A stretch of DNA of 64,000 nt, from the NCBI RefSeq assembly GCF_009914755.1, contig NC_060947.1; one strand, given 5' to 3'. The stretch is from the human T2T-CHM13v2.0 reference genome, Homo sapiens. Of this stretch, positions 28,166-47,048 are shown piece by piece. The position numbers and the translations under genes were made by a program. Position 1 is the stretch's first letter. Each line of letters opens with the position of its first letter. The notes beneath the pieces were generated by a model. The model had not been told where the DNA came from, did no database searches, and worked only from the letters and a program-made list of their open reading frames with translations.

Positions 28166-31100
28166 TGGCCAAGGTGGCTGACCAGAAGCAGCTAGTGTGA
28201 GTCACTCTCACAGACAGGAGAGAGAGTGGTGCATAAGCACTAGCTCTTCAAGTGGATTGTACAGGAGTCCACACTGGGATTCATCAAGGAAGGAACAACA
28301 GCCCACGGAGAGCAGAAAGGAGACAGGCAGGACAGCCATCTACCAGGGATTAGCATGGAGCCAAAGGAGGCTCCCTACCACAGGGAAAGGGTAAGTGACT
28401 GCCCTCAATCTGGGGAGGGAGTGAAGGGCGCATGAACTGTGGCATGCGTCCAGCATGTCACAGCTGCTATACAGAAAGCAGCCAGACTGCTTCTCACTTG
28501 GCAAGGCCTCCCAAGTGAGTTTCCAGTGCGGCCACCCTACTCCCACCTGATTACTTCAGTCACTGGAAGCTCTGTGTTTCTTTGGGGTAGAATTCCCAGA
28601 GACAACCAACAGGCTCTCTGCCATTGCCGTTGTATTGACACCTGCCCTTGATGTACTTGGCCTGAAGAGCAAACAAAAACCCCAATTGCTTTGCTCACCC
28701 CTCCAGCGTGTGGCAGCTACTATAATGTAGAGGAAGCCAGTTTCTCTTCCCTGTGAACCCTTGGACCCCCTCCTCTTCACCAGGCAGGGCCCCCAGCTTG
28801 GGCCCATAGCAAAGCTACTCTATCCCTGGCTGAACATTCCCGTTTGCAGTGGCTCTGTCTCTCTTGAGTAGAAATCCCACAGACAACTTACAGCCCCTCT
28901 GCCTTGACCATTGCCATGGTACATGCCCTTGCTGCCCTTGGGCTGGGGAGTAAAGACCCTGATTACTTTGCTTGCACCTCCAGCATGCTGCAGCTGTCCT
29001 GCAGACAGGAGGCCAGAGTGTCTCACCCATGAGCTTCCCACTCCCCTGCTCTTCACAATGTAGGGACTCCTCGCTTAGACCTGTAATGTGCCACTCCATC
29101 CCCAGCTGATCATTCCAATTAGCAGTGGCTCCGCATTTCTCTGGGGTGGAGTTCCCAATAACAAGTGAAAGGCTTTCAGCCATTGTCGTTGCCAAAGTCT
29201 CTGCTCCTGCTGCCTACAAGCTGGGGAATGAACAAAAAGCCTGAGCTCACCCCATAGCTGCAGTACACAACTCAGAAATGCCAAGTTGAGATCTGTGGCC
29301 AGCACTCCAGCGGGAGAGGAGCCTATACTCTCAGAGCACTAAGAGGGAGCATGGCTGCAAACGTGAGGGAATAGAGAGGAGCCATATGGCTGAGAAGAGC
29401 GTATCTGCCAGCCATTATGCTTGAGCGTCATCTACTGAATTGCAGCCCAAACTATAACACCAAAAATACTTTGCTAATATACTCCCCTGTGAAACCAAGG
29501 GCAAGAATTTAGCCACAAAAATCCTGCACAATGGCTTGGCCCTCTGAAAACATCCAGAAATAAAGCCAACTGACTATACTCAAATTATACAACAGTTAAA
29601 GGAACATCAGCCCACAGAGAAGAGAAAGGACCAGTGCAATAACTCTGGCAACTCTAAAAGCTAGAGTGTCTTCTTATCTACAAGTGACCATACTAGTTTC
29701 CCAGTAGTGGTTCTGAACCATAATGAAACAGCTGAAACAATGCACATAGATTTCAGAATCTAGATGGCAATTAAGAATATCAATATTCAGGAGAAAGGTG
29801 AAACCCAATCCAAGAAATCTAAGGAATCTAGTAAAATGATTCAAAAGCTGAAAGACAAAATAACCATTTTAATAAAGAACCACACTGATCTGATAGAGCT
29901 AAAAAACTCACTTCGAGAATTTTATTACGTAATTGGAGGTAGTAACAGCACAACAGGCCAAGATGAGGAAAGAACCTCAGAGTTCAAACACTGGTTCTTC
30001 AAATCAACTCAGTCAGAAAAAAAATTTTTTTAAATTTAAAAAATGAACAAAACCCCTGAGAAATATGAGATTATGTAAACAGACCAAAACTATGACCCAC
30101 TGGCATACCTGAAAAAGAGGAAAAGATAGCAAGCAACTTAGAACACATATCTGAGGATACCGTCCACAAAAATTTCCTCAACCTTGCTAGAGAGGTCTAC
30201 ATTCAAATTCAGGAAATTCAGAGAACAGCTGTAAGATACTATGCAAGACAACCATCCCCAAGATACATAGTCATCATATTGTCTAAGGTCAATGCAAAAG
30301 AAAATTTATTAAAGGCAGGTACAGAGAAAGGGCAGTTCATCTACAAAGAGAACGCCATCAGGTTAACAGAGAACTTTTCAGCAGAAACTCTACATGCCCG
30401 AAGAGACTGGTGGGACTATATTCAGTACTCCTAAGGAAAAAAATTCCAACAAAGAATTTTGTATTCAACCTGAAGCTTCATAAGCAAAGATAAATGAAAT
30501 CCTTTCCAGACAAGCAAATGCTATGAGAATTCATTACCACTAGACCTGCCTTATAAGAGCTTTTTAAGGGAGTGCTAAACATGGAAATGAAAGACTGTTA
30601 ATGGCCACCACAAAAATGCACTTATATACATAGACCACTGATACTATAAAGCAACTACACAATCATGTTTACATAATAACCAGCTAAAAACATGATCATG
30701 GGATCAAATCCACACTTATCAATATTAACAGGCTAAATGCCCCACTTAAAAGGCATAGAGTAGCAAGTTGGAGAAAGAAGCAAGACCCACCTGTATGCTA
30801 TCTTCAAGAGCCCCATTTCACATGCAAAGACACCCATAGGCTCAAAGTAAAAGGATGGAGAAACATCTTTCAAACAAACGGAAACCATAAAAAAGCAGGG
30901 ATTGCTATTTTTGTTTCAGAAAAAAACAGACTTCAGACCAACAATGATCAAAAAGGACAAAGAAAGACATTACAGTATGATAAAGTATTCAATTCACAAA
31001 GAAGACTTAACTATTTCAAATATATATGCACCCACCACCGGAGCACCTAGCTTCATAAAGCAAAATATCAGAGAGCTACAAAGAGAATGAGATGACCACA

Positions 31101-34100
31101 CAATAATAGTGGAAGACTTCAACACCCCACTGACAGTATTAGATAGATCATACGCAGAAAATTAACAAACACATTTGGGAACTATACTCTACACTTGACC
31201 TGACAGGCATCTAAGGAACACTCTGCCCAACAAGAACAGAATGTGCATTTTTTCTCATTTGCACATGGCATATAATCTAAAATTAATGACACACTAAGCC
31301 CTAAAACAATTTTCAACAAATTCAAAAAAACTGAAATCATGCCAACCACACTCTTGGACCGCAGAAAAATAAAAACAGAAATCAATGAAAAGATTTCCCA
31401 ATACCATACAATTACATGTAAATTAAATAATCTGTTCCTGAGTGACTTTTGAGTAAACAAAGGAATTAAGGCAGAAATCAAGAAATTCTGTGGAACTAAA
31501 GAAAACCAAGATACAATGTACCAGTATCTCTGGGACACAGATAAAGCAGTGTTAAAAGGAAAGTTTACAGCACCAAACGCCCACACCACAAACTTAGAAA
31601 GATCTCAAATTAACCATCTAACATCACACCCAGAAGAAACAGAAAAACAAGAGGAAATCAACCACAAAGCTAGCAGAAAAAAAGAAATAACCAAAATCAG
31701 AGCCTATTTGAGTGAAATGGAAATGACAAAAAGATACAAAAAATCAAGGAAACTAAAAATTGTATTTTTGAAAGACTAAATAAGATTGATACACCAGTAA
31801 CTAGACTAATACAGAAAAAAAGAGAGAAGATCCAAATAAACACAATCATAAATCACAAGGAGGACACTAACACCAACCCTACAGAAATACAAAAGATTTC
31901 TCACAGACTATTATGAATATCTCTATGCACACAAAGTGGAAAGCCAGAAGAATTAGATAAATTCCTGGAAACATACAACCTCCCAAGATTGAACCAGGAA
32001 GAAAACAAAACCCTGAAGAGACATATAATGAGTTCTGAAATTGGATCAGTAATAAAAAAGCTACAATCAGAAAAAGCTGTAGACCAGTCAGATTCACAGC
32101 CAAATTTTACCATGTGTATAAAGCAGAGGATAACAATCTTACTGAAACTATCCAAAAAGTCAAGGAGTAGGGACTCTGCCCTCACTCATGAGAAAGCAGG
32201 CATTATTCTCATATCAATACTTGGCAGAATCACAGTGAGAATAAAAAATAAATAAATAAAAAACTTCAAGCCAATATCCCTATTGAACACAGATACAAAA
32301 ATCCTCAATAAAATACTAGCAAATATCAAGCAGTATATCAAAACCTAATCCACCATGATTAAGTAGGCTTTATCCCTGGGTTGCAAGGTTGGTTCAACAT
32401 ATGCAAATCAAGAAATGTGATTCCTCACATAAACAGAACTAAAATGTAAAACCACATGATCATCTCAATAGATACAGAAAAAGCTTTTAATAAAATTCAA
32501 CATTCCTGGGTGTTAAAAACCCTTAAAAAACTATGCACTGAAGGAATATGCATCAAAATAATAAGAGCCATCTATGAGAAACCCACAGTAAACCTCATAC
32601 TGAATGGGCAAAAGTTGGCAACGTTCCCCTTGAGAACCAGAACAAGACAAGGATGCCCACTCTCATCACTTCTATTCAACATAATGCTGGAAGTCCTAGC
32701 AAAAGCAATCAGGTAAGAGAAAGATAAAAAGCATGCAAATAGGAAGAGAGAGAGAGTCAAACTATCCCTGTTTGCAGAAGATATGGTTCTATACCTAGAA
32801 AACCTCATAATTTCTGCCCAAAGGTTTTCACATCTTATAAACAACATCAGCAAAGTTTCAGGATACAAAGTCAATGTAGAAAAAATAGTAGCAAGCATTT
32901 CCATGCACCAATAATTTCCAAGCTGAGAACCAAATGAAGAACACAATTCATTCACAATTGCCACAAAAAGAATAAAATACTTAGAAACAGAGGTAACCAG
33001 GGAAGTGAAAGATCGCTGCAACAACGATTGAAAAACACTGCTGAACGGAATCAGCAATGACACAAACAAATGGAAAAACATTCCATACTCATAGGTGGGA
33101 GGGATCAATATTGTTAAAATGACCACAGTGCCCAAAGAAATTTACAGATTGAATGCTATTGCTATCAAACTACCAGTAACCTTTTTCATAGAATTATAAA
33201 AAAATTCTGAAAATCATATGGAAAAAAAGAGCTTAGCCAAAACAATCTTAAGCAAAAAGAACAAAGCTGGTTATATCACACTACCTGACTTCAAACTACA
33301 CTACAAGGCTATAGTAATCAAAATGGCATGGTACTGGTACAATAACAGACATATAGACAAATGGAATAGGTTGGAGAACCAAGAAATAAGGCTGTACGCC
33401 TACAACCATCTGATCTTTGACAAAGCTGATAACAACAAGCAATGGGGAAAGGACTCCGTATTAAATAAGTGGTGCTGGGAAACCTAGCAAGCCATATGCT
33501 GAAGATTTAAATTAGATCTCCTTTCCCTTACCATATACAAAATGAACTCAAGATGGATTAAAGACTTACATGTAAAGCCTAAAAGTGTTAAGAACCCTAG
33601 AAAAATAGCTAGGAAATTCCATTTTGGACATTGGCCCAGGCAATGGTTTCATGATAGAGACTCCAAAAGCAATGCAACAAAACAAAAACTGACAAGTGGG
33701 ACCAAATTAAACTAAAGGGCTCCTGCACAGCAAAAGAAACTATCAACAGAGTATACAGATAACCTACAGAATAGGAGAAAACATTTGTCAATGATGAATC
33801 TGATAAAGGTCTAATATCCAGAATCTATAAGGAACTTAAACAAATCAACAAGCAAAAAACAATCCCATTAGAAAATAGACAAAGGACATGAACACACACT
33901 TTTCAAAGGAAACCATACACATTGCCAACAAGCATATAAAAATGCTCAGCATCACTGATGATTAGAGAAATGAAAATCAAAACCACAATGAGAGAAAATC
34001 TTCACCAGTCAGAATGGCTATTTATTAAAAAGACAAAATAAAAACAGATGCTGGTGACTTTGCAAAGAAAAGAGAACTCTTATACATGGCTGGTGGAAAT

Positions 34101-34730
34101 ATAAATGAGTTCATCCACTGTGGAAATCTGGAGATTTCTCAAAGAACTTGAAACAGAAATACCATTTGACCTAGCAATCCCATTGCTGGGTATATATCTA
34201 AGGGATTATAAATCATTCTACTATAAAGATACATGCACATGTACATATATCACAACACTACTCACAATAGCAAAGACATGGAATCAACCTAAATGCCCAT
34301 CAACAGTGGACTGAATAAATAAAATGTGGTACATACACACCATGGAATACTATGTAGCTATAGACAAAGAACGGGCTCATGACCTTTGCAGCAACATAGA
34401 TGCAGCTGGAGGACATTATCCTAAACAAATTAATACAGAAACAGAAAAACAAATACTGCTTCTTCTCACCTACAAGTGGGAGCTAATCATTTAGTACACA
34501 TGGGCACAAAGTCAGGAAAAATAGACACCAGGGCCTATTTGAGCGTAGATGTTGGGAGGAGGGTGAGGTTCAAAAAACCACCTATTGAGTACTATCGAAA
34601 AACCACCTATTGAGTACCACATTCATTACCTGGGTGATGAAATAATCTGTACACCAAACCTCTGTGTCATGCAATTTACCCATGTAAGAAACCTGCACAT
34701 ATACCCCTGAACCTAAAATAAAAATTGTAA
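28166..34730 (+). mobile_element. Full-length but decayed L1PA15/16 (~6.55 kb)
   Basis: 5' ggccaaggtggctgaccagaagcagctagtgtg; ORF1 remnants at ~29650-30600; ORF2 EN/RT remnants ([22 protein letters not shown]); 3'UTR; degenerate candidate TSD aaa.tat..acctatt at ~28149-28165 and ~34733-34749. Confidence 0.92.
34573..34617 (+). repeat. Perfect 20-bp direct repeat (25-bp period) in the L1 3'UTR
   Basis: aaaaaccacctattgagtac at 34573-34592 and 34598-34617. Confidence 0.9.
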
Positions 34731-35611
34731 TGGAAAATATGGACCTATTCAAACTTAGAAAAATATTATAATTAAATGGCTGTCAACATAAGAAACACTT
34801 AGCAGAGAGAAAATATTATGAAAATGATAACATCTCTGGTTACCTTATAGCATATTTTCCCTTTCTGCACTTTTCTATACTCAGTTTCATAAGTATAATA
34901 ATAATTGTATAAATTAAAATTAATATGTCAAACTTACAAAGAAAAGTGTTGTGTTATAAAAACCATATGTTTTAAAAGTGCTATGGTATATTTTCTCTCT
35001 TAAGAAAATTTTGACTTCTTGCAGTTTTTTAATGGTAACCTTAATTAGAGAAAACCTGTTATTCAGTTAGGTAAGTATCCTCAATATTTCTGTAGAATCT
35101 CCAAAGTGGTAGGTTTTAAAATATACATTTCAGTATCAAAACCCCTCAAAACTACCATCAAATTTGTCAGATAAGCCTACAGCACAAACCCACCAAAGGC
35201 CCCCATAATGTAGAACAATAAGTTTAGAATATTTTCTTGAGTTTATTCAATGGACTACAAATTTAATTAATAGTTTAATAACTCCATAGTATTACATATT
35301 CCTTGAAAAAAATACATACATATATTTTAAACAAAAAATTGTATTTCAACTAAAATGTTTATAAAGATCACAATGTTCAAGTATAAAATTATGTGATACT
35401 GTCTAAAAATCATAACAAAAAAAAATTCCAGAAGCTAAAAAACTGAACACACATACTCTCCCCCAACTTTCAAATTTGTTGCTTTGGAAGCCCATATGCT
35501 AAAATCTCAGCAAGGAATGCATAGCAATCAGCAAATAGGTATGTGAATTCATAAATATGTTTTTTCCCACATTAGGAATCCTAAAAGGATGGGATTTTTA
35601 AAAACGATATT

Positions 35612-35950
<339 letters not shown>

Positions 35951-36149
35951 TAAAGTTAAGCAGAACATTTACAGATATTTTGCTTTCTGTTTTAAAAAGA
36001 GTTTAAAAAGGACACTCGTGGCCTCATATATTTACTTATTAATGTTAGATTAGAGATGGAGAAGATAAAAATGAATTAATCACAGATTATGGAAAAACAC
36101 GAATAAGTCAGGTAATATAGTCAATATAATTTATAGAAAACTGCGCATT

Positions 36150-37517
36150 TTCCTTGGTGCTGCAAAACCTGGATATCCATATATAGAAGAATAAAACTAG
36201 ACCCAAGTCTCTTACCATGAACAAAATTCAATTCAAAATAAATAAACATAGGACATGAAACTATAAAACTAGTAGAATAAAATACACAGAAAACACTTCA
36301 GAACGTTAGTCTAGGCGATGATTTTATAGCTAAGACCCCAAGAGCACAAGCAACTAAAACAAAAATAGACAAATGAGAATATATTAAAATAAAAATATTT
36401 TGCACAGTAAAGGAATCAATTAGATTGAAGATCCAACCTGTTCAATTATAGGGAATATTTGCAGAATAGTCATACAACAAGGAACTAATGTCCAGAATAT
36501 ACAAGTAACTCAAATGACTCAACAGTAAAATAAACAAACAAAAACTGAATACTCCTATTAAAAGGTTGGTAAAGGAGCTAAATAGACATTTATCTAAAGA
36601 TATACAAATAGCCAAGAGGCATATGCAGAAATGCTCAACATCATTAATCATCAGGGAAATGCAAATCAAAAACACCATGAGATATCATCTTACTCCTGTT
36701 GGAATGGCTATTACTAAAAAGAGAAAAAATATCACAGATGATGGTGAGGATGCAAAAAGGAGACTCATATATTGTTGGTGGGAATGTAAATTAGTACAGC
36801 TAGTATGAAAAATAGTATGGAGATGTCTCAAAATAAGAAAAATTGAATTACCATGAAATCCAGCAATCCCACTATGAGGTATTTATTCAAAGTAAAGCAA
36901 ATCAGTATGACAAAGTGATACCTGCACTCTCATGTTTATTGCAGCACTATTCACAACAGCAAAGATATAAAAGCACCCTAAATGTCAACAAATGAATAGA
37001 TCAAGAAAATATGATTATTAACAGAATGTAATTCTATTCAGCCATAAAAAAAGAGTTAAACCATGTTATTTGCAGTAACATGACTGGAACTGGAGGTCAT
37101 TATATTAAGTGAAATAAGCCAGACACAGAAAGGAAATGATCACATGTACTCACTCATATGTGGGAGCTAGAACAGTTGAATTTATGGAGATAGTATGTAG
37201 ACTGATAGTTACCAGAGGCTGAAAAAGATGTGGATGTGGGAAGTGTCTGAAGAGAGGTTGGTTAATGGATACACACAGAAGGAATAAATTCTAATGTTTG
37301 ATCACAGACTAGGGTGACTACAGTTAACAACACTGTATTGTACATTTCAAAATAGGTAGAAATGAGGACTTGAATGTTCTTAGCACCTAGATATGATAAA
37401 TGCTTGTGGGTTTGGATATCCTAAATACCCTGACTTTATTATTATACATTCTATGCATGGTACAAAATATCATATGCCCCCCATTCCTATGTACAAGTGT
37501 GTAACAATTAAAAAAAT
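36150..37517 (+). mobile_element. 5'-truncated L1MA (L1MA3-like)
   Basis: ORF2 C-terminal peptide KCSTSLIIREMQIK; 3'UTR ggatatcctaaataccctgact...acattctatgcatg. Confidence 0.85.
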
Positions 37518-37519
37518 AC

Positions 37520-40960
<3,441 letters not shown>

Positions 40961-41689
40961 TTTGTAATAATCGATTACACAACCTAACCTTTATATGTAT
41001 AAATCTATAAATGTTACAAAATGTAACGGAGTGGTGCAAGATGGGATGCATTTTGTGGTGAACTAATTGTTTTTGAAATTGTACATATTCTTCCCTATGT
41101 CTAGATAGTGTGACATAATTGAATGTAAAATATCAAAATACCAGAATAATAGCCACTGATCTCAACTAAACAGCTAGCAAAATTTGGGCAGTATATTTAT
41201 CCTCTCAGTTCATTTATGAAACATAGGGGTTTTCCTCAAACTCTTCCCAATTCTCTTGTTCTATATCTAAATCTAGGCAAAAAAATAAATAAACTTCTGG
41301 TGGAGCCCCACCCCTCAGTTGATGTATGACTATGTCAACAATGCCCTTAGATTAGACACAATGATACTCTTTCTAAAGTGCTAAATTTTCCAAAGTCTCA
41401 AAATATTCCGAATATGAGATTGATAAAGGAAGCAAGAAAATGTAAAACAAGGCCTATCTCCAGTATTGTAGCTCTCTTTTGGTAATCTTTACATATCTCT
41501 CTCTTCTCTCAGTTTCCTTTCTTACATGGAGGTATTTGTTTATATTTTCCCCAATACTTTCCATTTTGAACGTTAGTTATCATGGTATAAGGTTTCACAT
41601 TCAACATTTCAGCAGTGATCACAGGAGTCACTAATTGTAACTGAAGTTTGAACGTTCAAGCATCTCATTACCCAAGTCTCTAGTTAGAT

Positions 41690-41890
41690 ATTAAAAAGTA
41701 AAGTAACAATTATAATTCTTAAAAATTTAAGAATTGCACAAAACTCTAAGGTAGGTATTATTTAGTTAACTGTACAGAGGTGAAACTGATAGAATAATGA
41801 TTAAGTTATACTATCTATATGATGCTCTATACCCCACTCACATTTAGTCTAGATTGAAATTAAAACTATCCCTGCACAGTACTTTATCTT
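41690..41890 (-). mobile_element. MIR relic
   Basis: aactctaaggtaggtattatt...tgtacagaggtgaaactga. Confidence 0.45.
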
Positions 41891-42639
41891 ACAAAAATCA
41901 CTCATATTTCATAAGCTATAATAAGATAAAAGCTTATGGATTTTGATGCCTAGCCTTCACCTTTCCTATTGCCATTATGTACAAAAGAAAAATTGATTCT
42001 GACCTTGAAGTCACAGTGTTAAAAATAAATCTCTGCAGCACTGATGTTTCTTTTCTGTCTCTGAAATAACTGTTTAAGCTCACTCAGGGGATTACTCTAA
42101 TGATCTACTAGCTTTTTATAAGTTCTGAAAAGAAGTAAAAGAGAGGTTTGTGTAGGGAAGTGTTTATCAGTTCCTAACACATTTCAAGGAAAAATATACG
42201 TGTGTGTAAATGGTGCTGAGTATCCCCACACAGATATTTCATGTGGCCTATATCAATCAAGTTAATATCTACTATTGAGAGAACATGTATTTTCCAATCA
42301 CCTTGGGGGAAAATTAATGTTTTATAATCCATAAACATATGGAATTCACAATGACAGAATATTTATTTAAAATATTTACTTACAAAGCCAACATGATTTT
42401 CAATTGATGGCATACATAAAGATGGGACAAATCATGCCTAGTAACAAGCAAATACACTTTATTTTAAATTTTCTAATTATGGTCCTTCATTAATCTTGAT
42501 GTAAATTTAAATTAATGTTTTACTAACATATGCCTAATTGATCATTGTGGTACACATTCACTATATTACTTTTTATACAAATTTAGTTATGTTTATTGTA
42601 GAAGATAGACAAATTACACAAAAAAAGTATTAAAAGAGA

Positions 42640-44975
42640 AAATATACATCCCCTGATATATTACAAGAATGTAATTCTCTAATTTGAACTCCTACATAAG
42701 AAATCAACTGAGATTACAAAGGAAGTAGAAACTGACACAAAAAAATACTGTACAATCACCATCCTTGAGACAACTACGACTTTAATGAAATACATTTATT
42801 AAAACACAGAGATCTTTTTCCAGTAATGACAGAATAAGGTCTTACCAGAATGCAGAAAACAAATAAAAAACTGAAAATTATACCAAAAGAGATATATGAA
42901 GGAAATGGAGAATGAAGAGAAGATTCCAGAATCTAGTGGTGAGTACCTACTCAAAGAGGGGAGTGTAAATGAAGTGAAAGTCCATTTTCATGAATTTGAG
43001 CCTGGGGTCAGGTACAATTATTCAGTGTGTGTTGTTGCAGGATAACTGCTGGGAAAACTGTGGTGTTTTTGGTCCAGAAAGTCAGAAAACTGAAGCTGAG
43101 GAAACTGTGCCTGAAGAACAGCATGAGGGAATCCAGGAAGTGGAAGTTACAGAGAGAAAACACCTAATTCTCTCTGTCCATATTTGCGCCTGATCCCTGA
43201 CACATGCATGCACAGTGTGTATGAGCCATTGTTTGCCAACTCTAGCATAAAGGACAGCGGATATATGGACCTATAGGACTGAATAGTTTCTACAATTCAT
43301 GTAAAGTGATAAACTATTTACTATAACTGGAAAGTACAAAGTTAAAGATGCTTGATTTTTCAGTAATAATACAAAGACGTAGAGTTAAAATAAAAATTAT
43401 CACATAATTTTTTTAGTATACTTTAATGTTTCCAGTAGAAATAAAATTTGAAAATATAAAACTGAAAGGTAGACAGGAAAAGAGAAATAGATAAAAAGAA
43501 GAAATAGGAAATAAAATAATAAAATAATAAATAAATAATAAAATAAATAATAAATAAAACAATAAATAATAAATAAAATAAACAATAAATAATAAAATAA
43601 AAAGAAAAACACAAACTAAACCATATAAATAGTACATTTAATATTAGTAGACTTCAATCAAAAGGCAGAGATTTTAAGAAGGGATTTTAAAAAAGAGACC
43701 TAGCTTGCTGTCTACAAGAGATGCACTCTAAATATAGAGTCACAAATAGGTAGAAAGCAAATGGATAGAAAACGGTATACCACAAAAATAGTAAGTATAA
43801 GAAGGCTAAAGTGGCTATATTAATGAAAAAATAGATATTAAAACACACATACTACCAAAGATAATGAGAAATATTTTCTAGCAATAAAGGTGTCAATTCT
43901 ACAGAAAAATATTATGAATGTGTATGACTCTAATAATAGAGTTTCCAAATGCACGAAGAAAATATTCACATAAATAAAGCAATAAATCAATAATTCCAAA
44001 ATCAGAATTGAGGATTTTAAAAGCCCACTCTCAGCAGTTGATATAACTGAGCAAAAATTCAGCAGACATACAAAAATAAAAAAAATATACTTATCAGTTG
44101 ACTTGACTAGTATTTATGGAAGTCAAACACAATAACATCAGAATATTTATTCTTTTCATGTACACACAGTATGTTACATGATAGACAAATATGCTGAACC
44201 ATAAAGCAAGTCCCAATGATGTTTAAAAGAATGGAATTCTGACCATGATATAATCAAATATGAATAACAAAAAACTAAAAAGAATTTGGAAACTAAAACA
44301 CACCTTTCTAAATAATAGATGAGTCAGAAAAGAAATCAAAAAAGAAATTATGAATTGTATTGAACTGAATGATAAAAAGTAAAAGTTGAGACATGTAGCT
44401 TAAGCAGTTTTTAGAGGGAAATTTATACCTTTAAGTATTTGTGTTAGAAAAGAAGGAAGTATAAGAAGTAAAAGAAAGAATGGCAAATTAAACTCAAAGT
44501 AAGTAGACAGAAGGCTTTATAAAGCTAAGAGCAGAAATCAACACAATTGAAGAAGTAAACCAGAGAAAATGAATGGAACTAAATTCTGGTTCTTGGAAAG
44601 ATAAGTAAAATATGTAAGCTATTTTAGAAGGACCAAATTAAAAGAAATACAATGGAAATACCAATTTCTGGAATTAAAGACCAGGCATCACAGCAGATCC
44701 TACAGAAATTAAATGGATAATAGGAGAATATAATGAATAACACTATGCCCATAAATTTGACAACCTAGAATAAATTTTTTAAAGGATAAAAATGAACAAA
44801 ACTATGCAAAGATAAACAGAAAACTTAACTACTCTTATGTTAAATATGGACATAGCCCTAATGAACATAGATACAAAATGCTTTAATGTTTTAGCAAGAC
44901 GAATCTAACAATATGTAAAGATAATACATCATGACCAAATGTAGTTTATCAAAGTAATATAATGTTGGTGTACAC
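42640..44975 (+). mobile_element. Ancient L1M fragments (5' region, inter-ORF, ORF2 endonuclease)
   Basis: tgctgtctacaagagatgcac, aatacatcatgaccaaatg and other diverged ORF2 matches. Confidence 0.65.
43500..43610. repeat. A-rich (AAT/AAAT) low-complexity tract
   Basis: ataaaataataaaataataaataaataata... Confidence 0.85.
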
Positions 44976-45044
44976 CTCAGTAAGATGACAGACATCCCAA
45001 CTGTATGTATGTATTTATGTATTTATTTGTATGCCATTTGTCAT

Positions 45045-47048
45045 ATTCGTTTTTTAAGCTTTGTCAAGGTATATATAACAGACATACAAAAATTTACATT
45101 GTTAATGCCTACATTTTGATGAATTTATATATATAAATATATAGTATCATCACCATCTAGATACTAAATATATTTATCACTTCCAAAAATGTCCTGGTGC
45201 TTTTGTGTGAGTGTATTTCTGTGTGTGCATAAGAACACTTAACATGAGATATATCTTAACATATTTTAAAGTGCAGAATACTGTACTGTTTACTGTATTA
45301 TGCTGTACAACAGATCTCTAGAACTTACTCGTCTAGCACAACTGAAATTTTATACCCATTGAGCAAAAATTTCACATTACCCCTCCCCCATCCTGGCAAC
45401 TATCATTCTTCTGTTTCTATGAGTTCAAATATTTGTGGTACCTCATATAAGTGGAATCATGCAGTATTTGTTCTGTGATTGGCATACTTAACATCACTTA
45501 GGTTTGTCTATGCTGTTCACAAAGAGTAGGATTGTCTTCTTGTTTAAAGCTTTGTGATATTCCATTGCATGTTTTCAAATCCATTCATCTGATGGATATT
45601 TGGGTTTTTTTCCATATTGTGACTATTATGAGTAATGTTGCCATCAACATGGAGGGGCAGATATATCTTCGAGATCCTGATTTCAATTTTTTGGGCTACA
45701 TATCTATAAATTGAATTGCTAGTTAATATGGGAGTTCTATTTTTAATTTTTTGAGAATATTCACACTGTTTTCCATAGTAGCTGCACTATTCTTCATTTC
45801 CACCAACAATGTATAACAGTCCCAATTCCTCCACATCTTTATCAACACTTGACATTTTCTGTTTTTTAGGTAATGGTCATCTTAAAAGGTATGAGGTGAT
45901 ATTTCATTGTTCTTTTGATCTGCATCTCCCTGAAGATGAGTAGTGTTGAGCACCCTTTCATATATCTCGTGGCCATTTGTTTGTTTTTTTGAGAAATTTC
46001 AATTCATGTCCTTTGCCATTTTGTAATTGGGCTTTCTTCCTACTGAGTTGTAGGAGTTTCCTACATACTTTGGATATTAATCTCCTATCAGATGCACAGT
46101 TGCTAATATTTACTTTCAACACAGAGCTTGACTTTTTACTCTACTGTGTTGACTGTCTCCTTTGCTGTGCAGAAGTTTTTTAGTTTTTCTATTTTGGGGT
46201 TTTTGCTTGTGTTTTGGTGTCATATCTAATAAATCATTGCCAAGACTAATAAAGAAGGTCATAAACAAGGTTTTCCTTTATGCTTTCTTCAATAAGTTTT
46301 ACAATTTCAAGTCCTACATTTAAGTCTTTAATCCATTTTGAGTTTATTTTTGTGCACAGCGTAAGACAGGGTTCCAATTGTATACTATGCATGTCAATAC
46401 CTAGTCTTCCCAGTATCATTCACTGAAGAGACTATTCTTTCCACACTTTGTGTTCTTGACATCCTTGTCAAAGATATATTGACTGCATATCTGTGGGTTT
46501 ATTTCTGGAATCTCTATTCTGTTTCATTGGTCTATGTGTCTGTCTTTATGTTAGAATCCCACTGTTTTAATTATTGTAGCTCAGTAACATATTTTGAAAT
46601 CAGGAATTGTGATGCCTCCAGCTGTGTTCTTCTTTATCAAGATGACTTTGGCTATTCTTTTGTGGTTCTATATAAATTTTAGAATTGTTCATTTCTGTAA
46701 AAAATGTCATTCAGATTTTGATAGGAATTGAATCTGTAGATCACATTGGGTAGTACAGACATTTTAACAATATTAATTTTTTCAGTCTATGAACATGAGA
46801 TGTCTTTTCATTTATTTGTGTCTGCTTTAATATATTTCATCAGTGTTTCATAGTTTCCATGTATACGTCTTTCCCCTTCTAAGTTATATTTATTCCTAAA
46901 TATGTTATTATTTTTGGATGATATTGTAGACGTTATTGTTGTCTTATTTCCTTTTTAGTTAGTTCATTGCTACTCTGCAGAAATACAACTGATTTTTATA
47001 TGTTGATTTTCTATCCTGCAACTTTTATACATTTGTTTATTAGTAACA
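45045..47048 (-). mobile_element. 5'-truncated L1MB1/2- or L1MA10-like element
   Basis: taagaacacttaacatgagat...cagatctctagaacttactc 3'UTR followed by antisense ORF2. Confidence 0.82.

Noticed and set aside
34838-34892. Minus-strand ATG...AG|gtaacc mini-exon candidate
   Set aside because: Too short, no recognisable homology, chance occurrence likely
43400-43637. Hydrophobic membrane-like ORFs
   Set aside because: Artifacts of an AT-rich low-complexity tract
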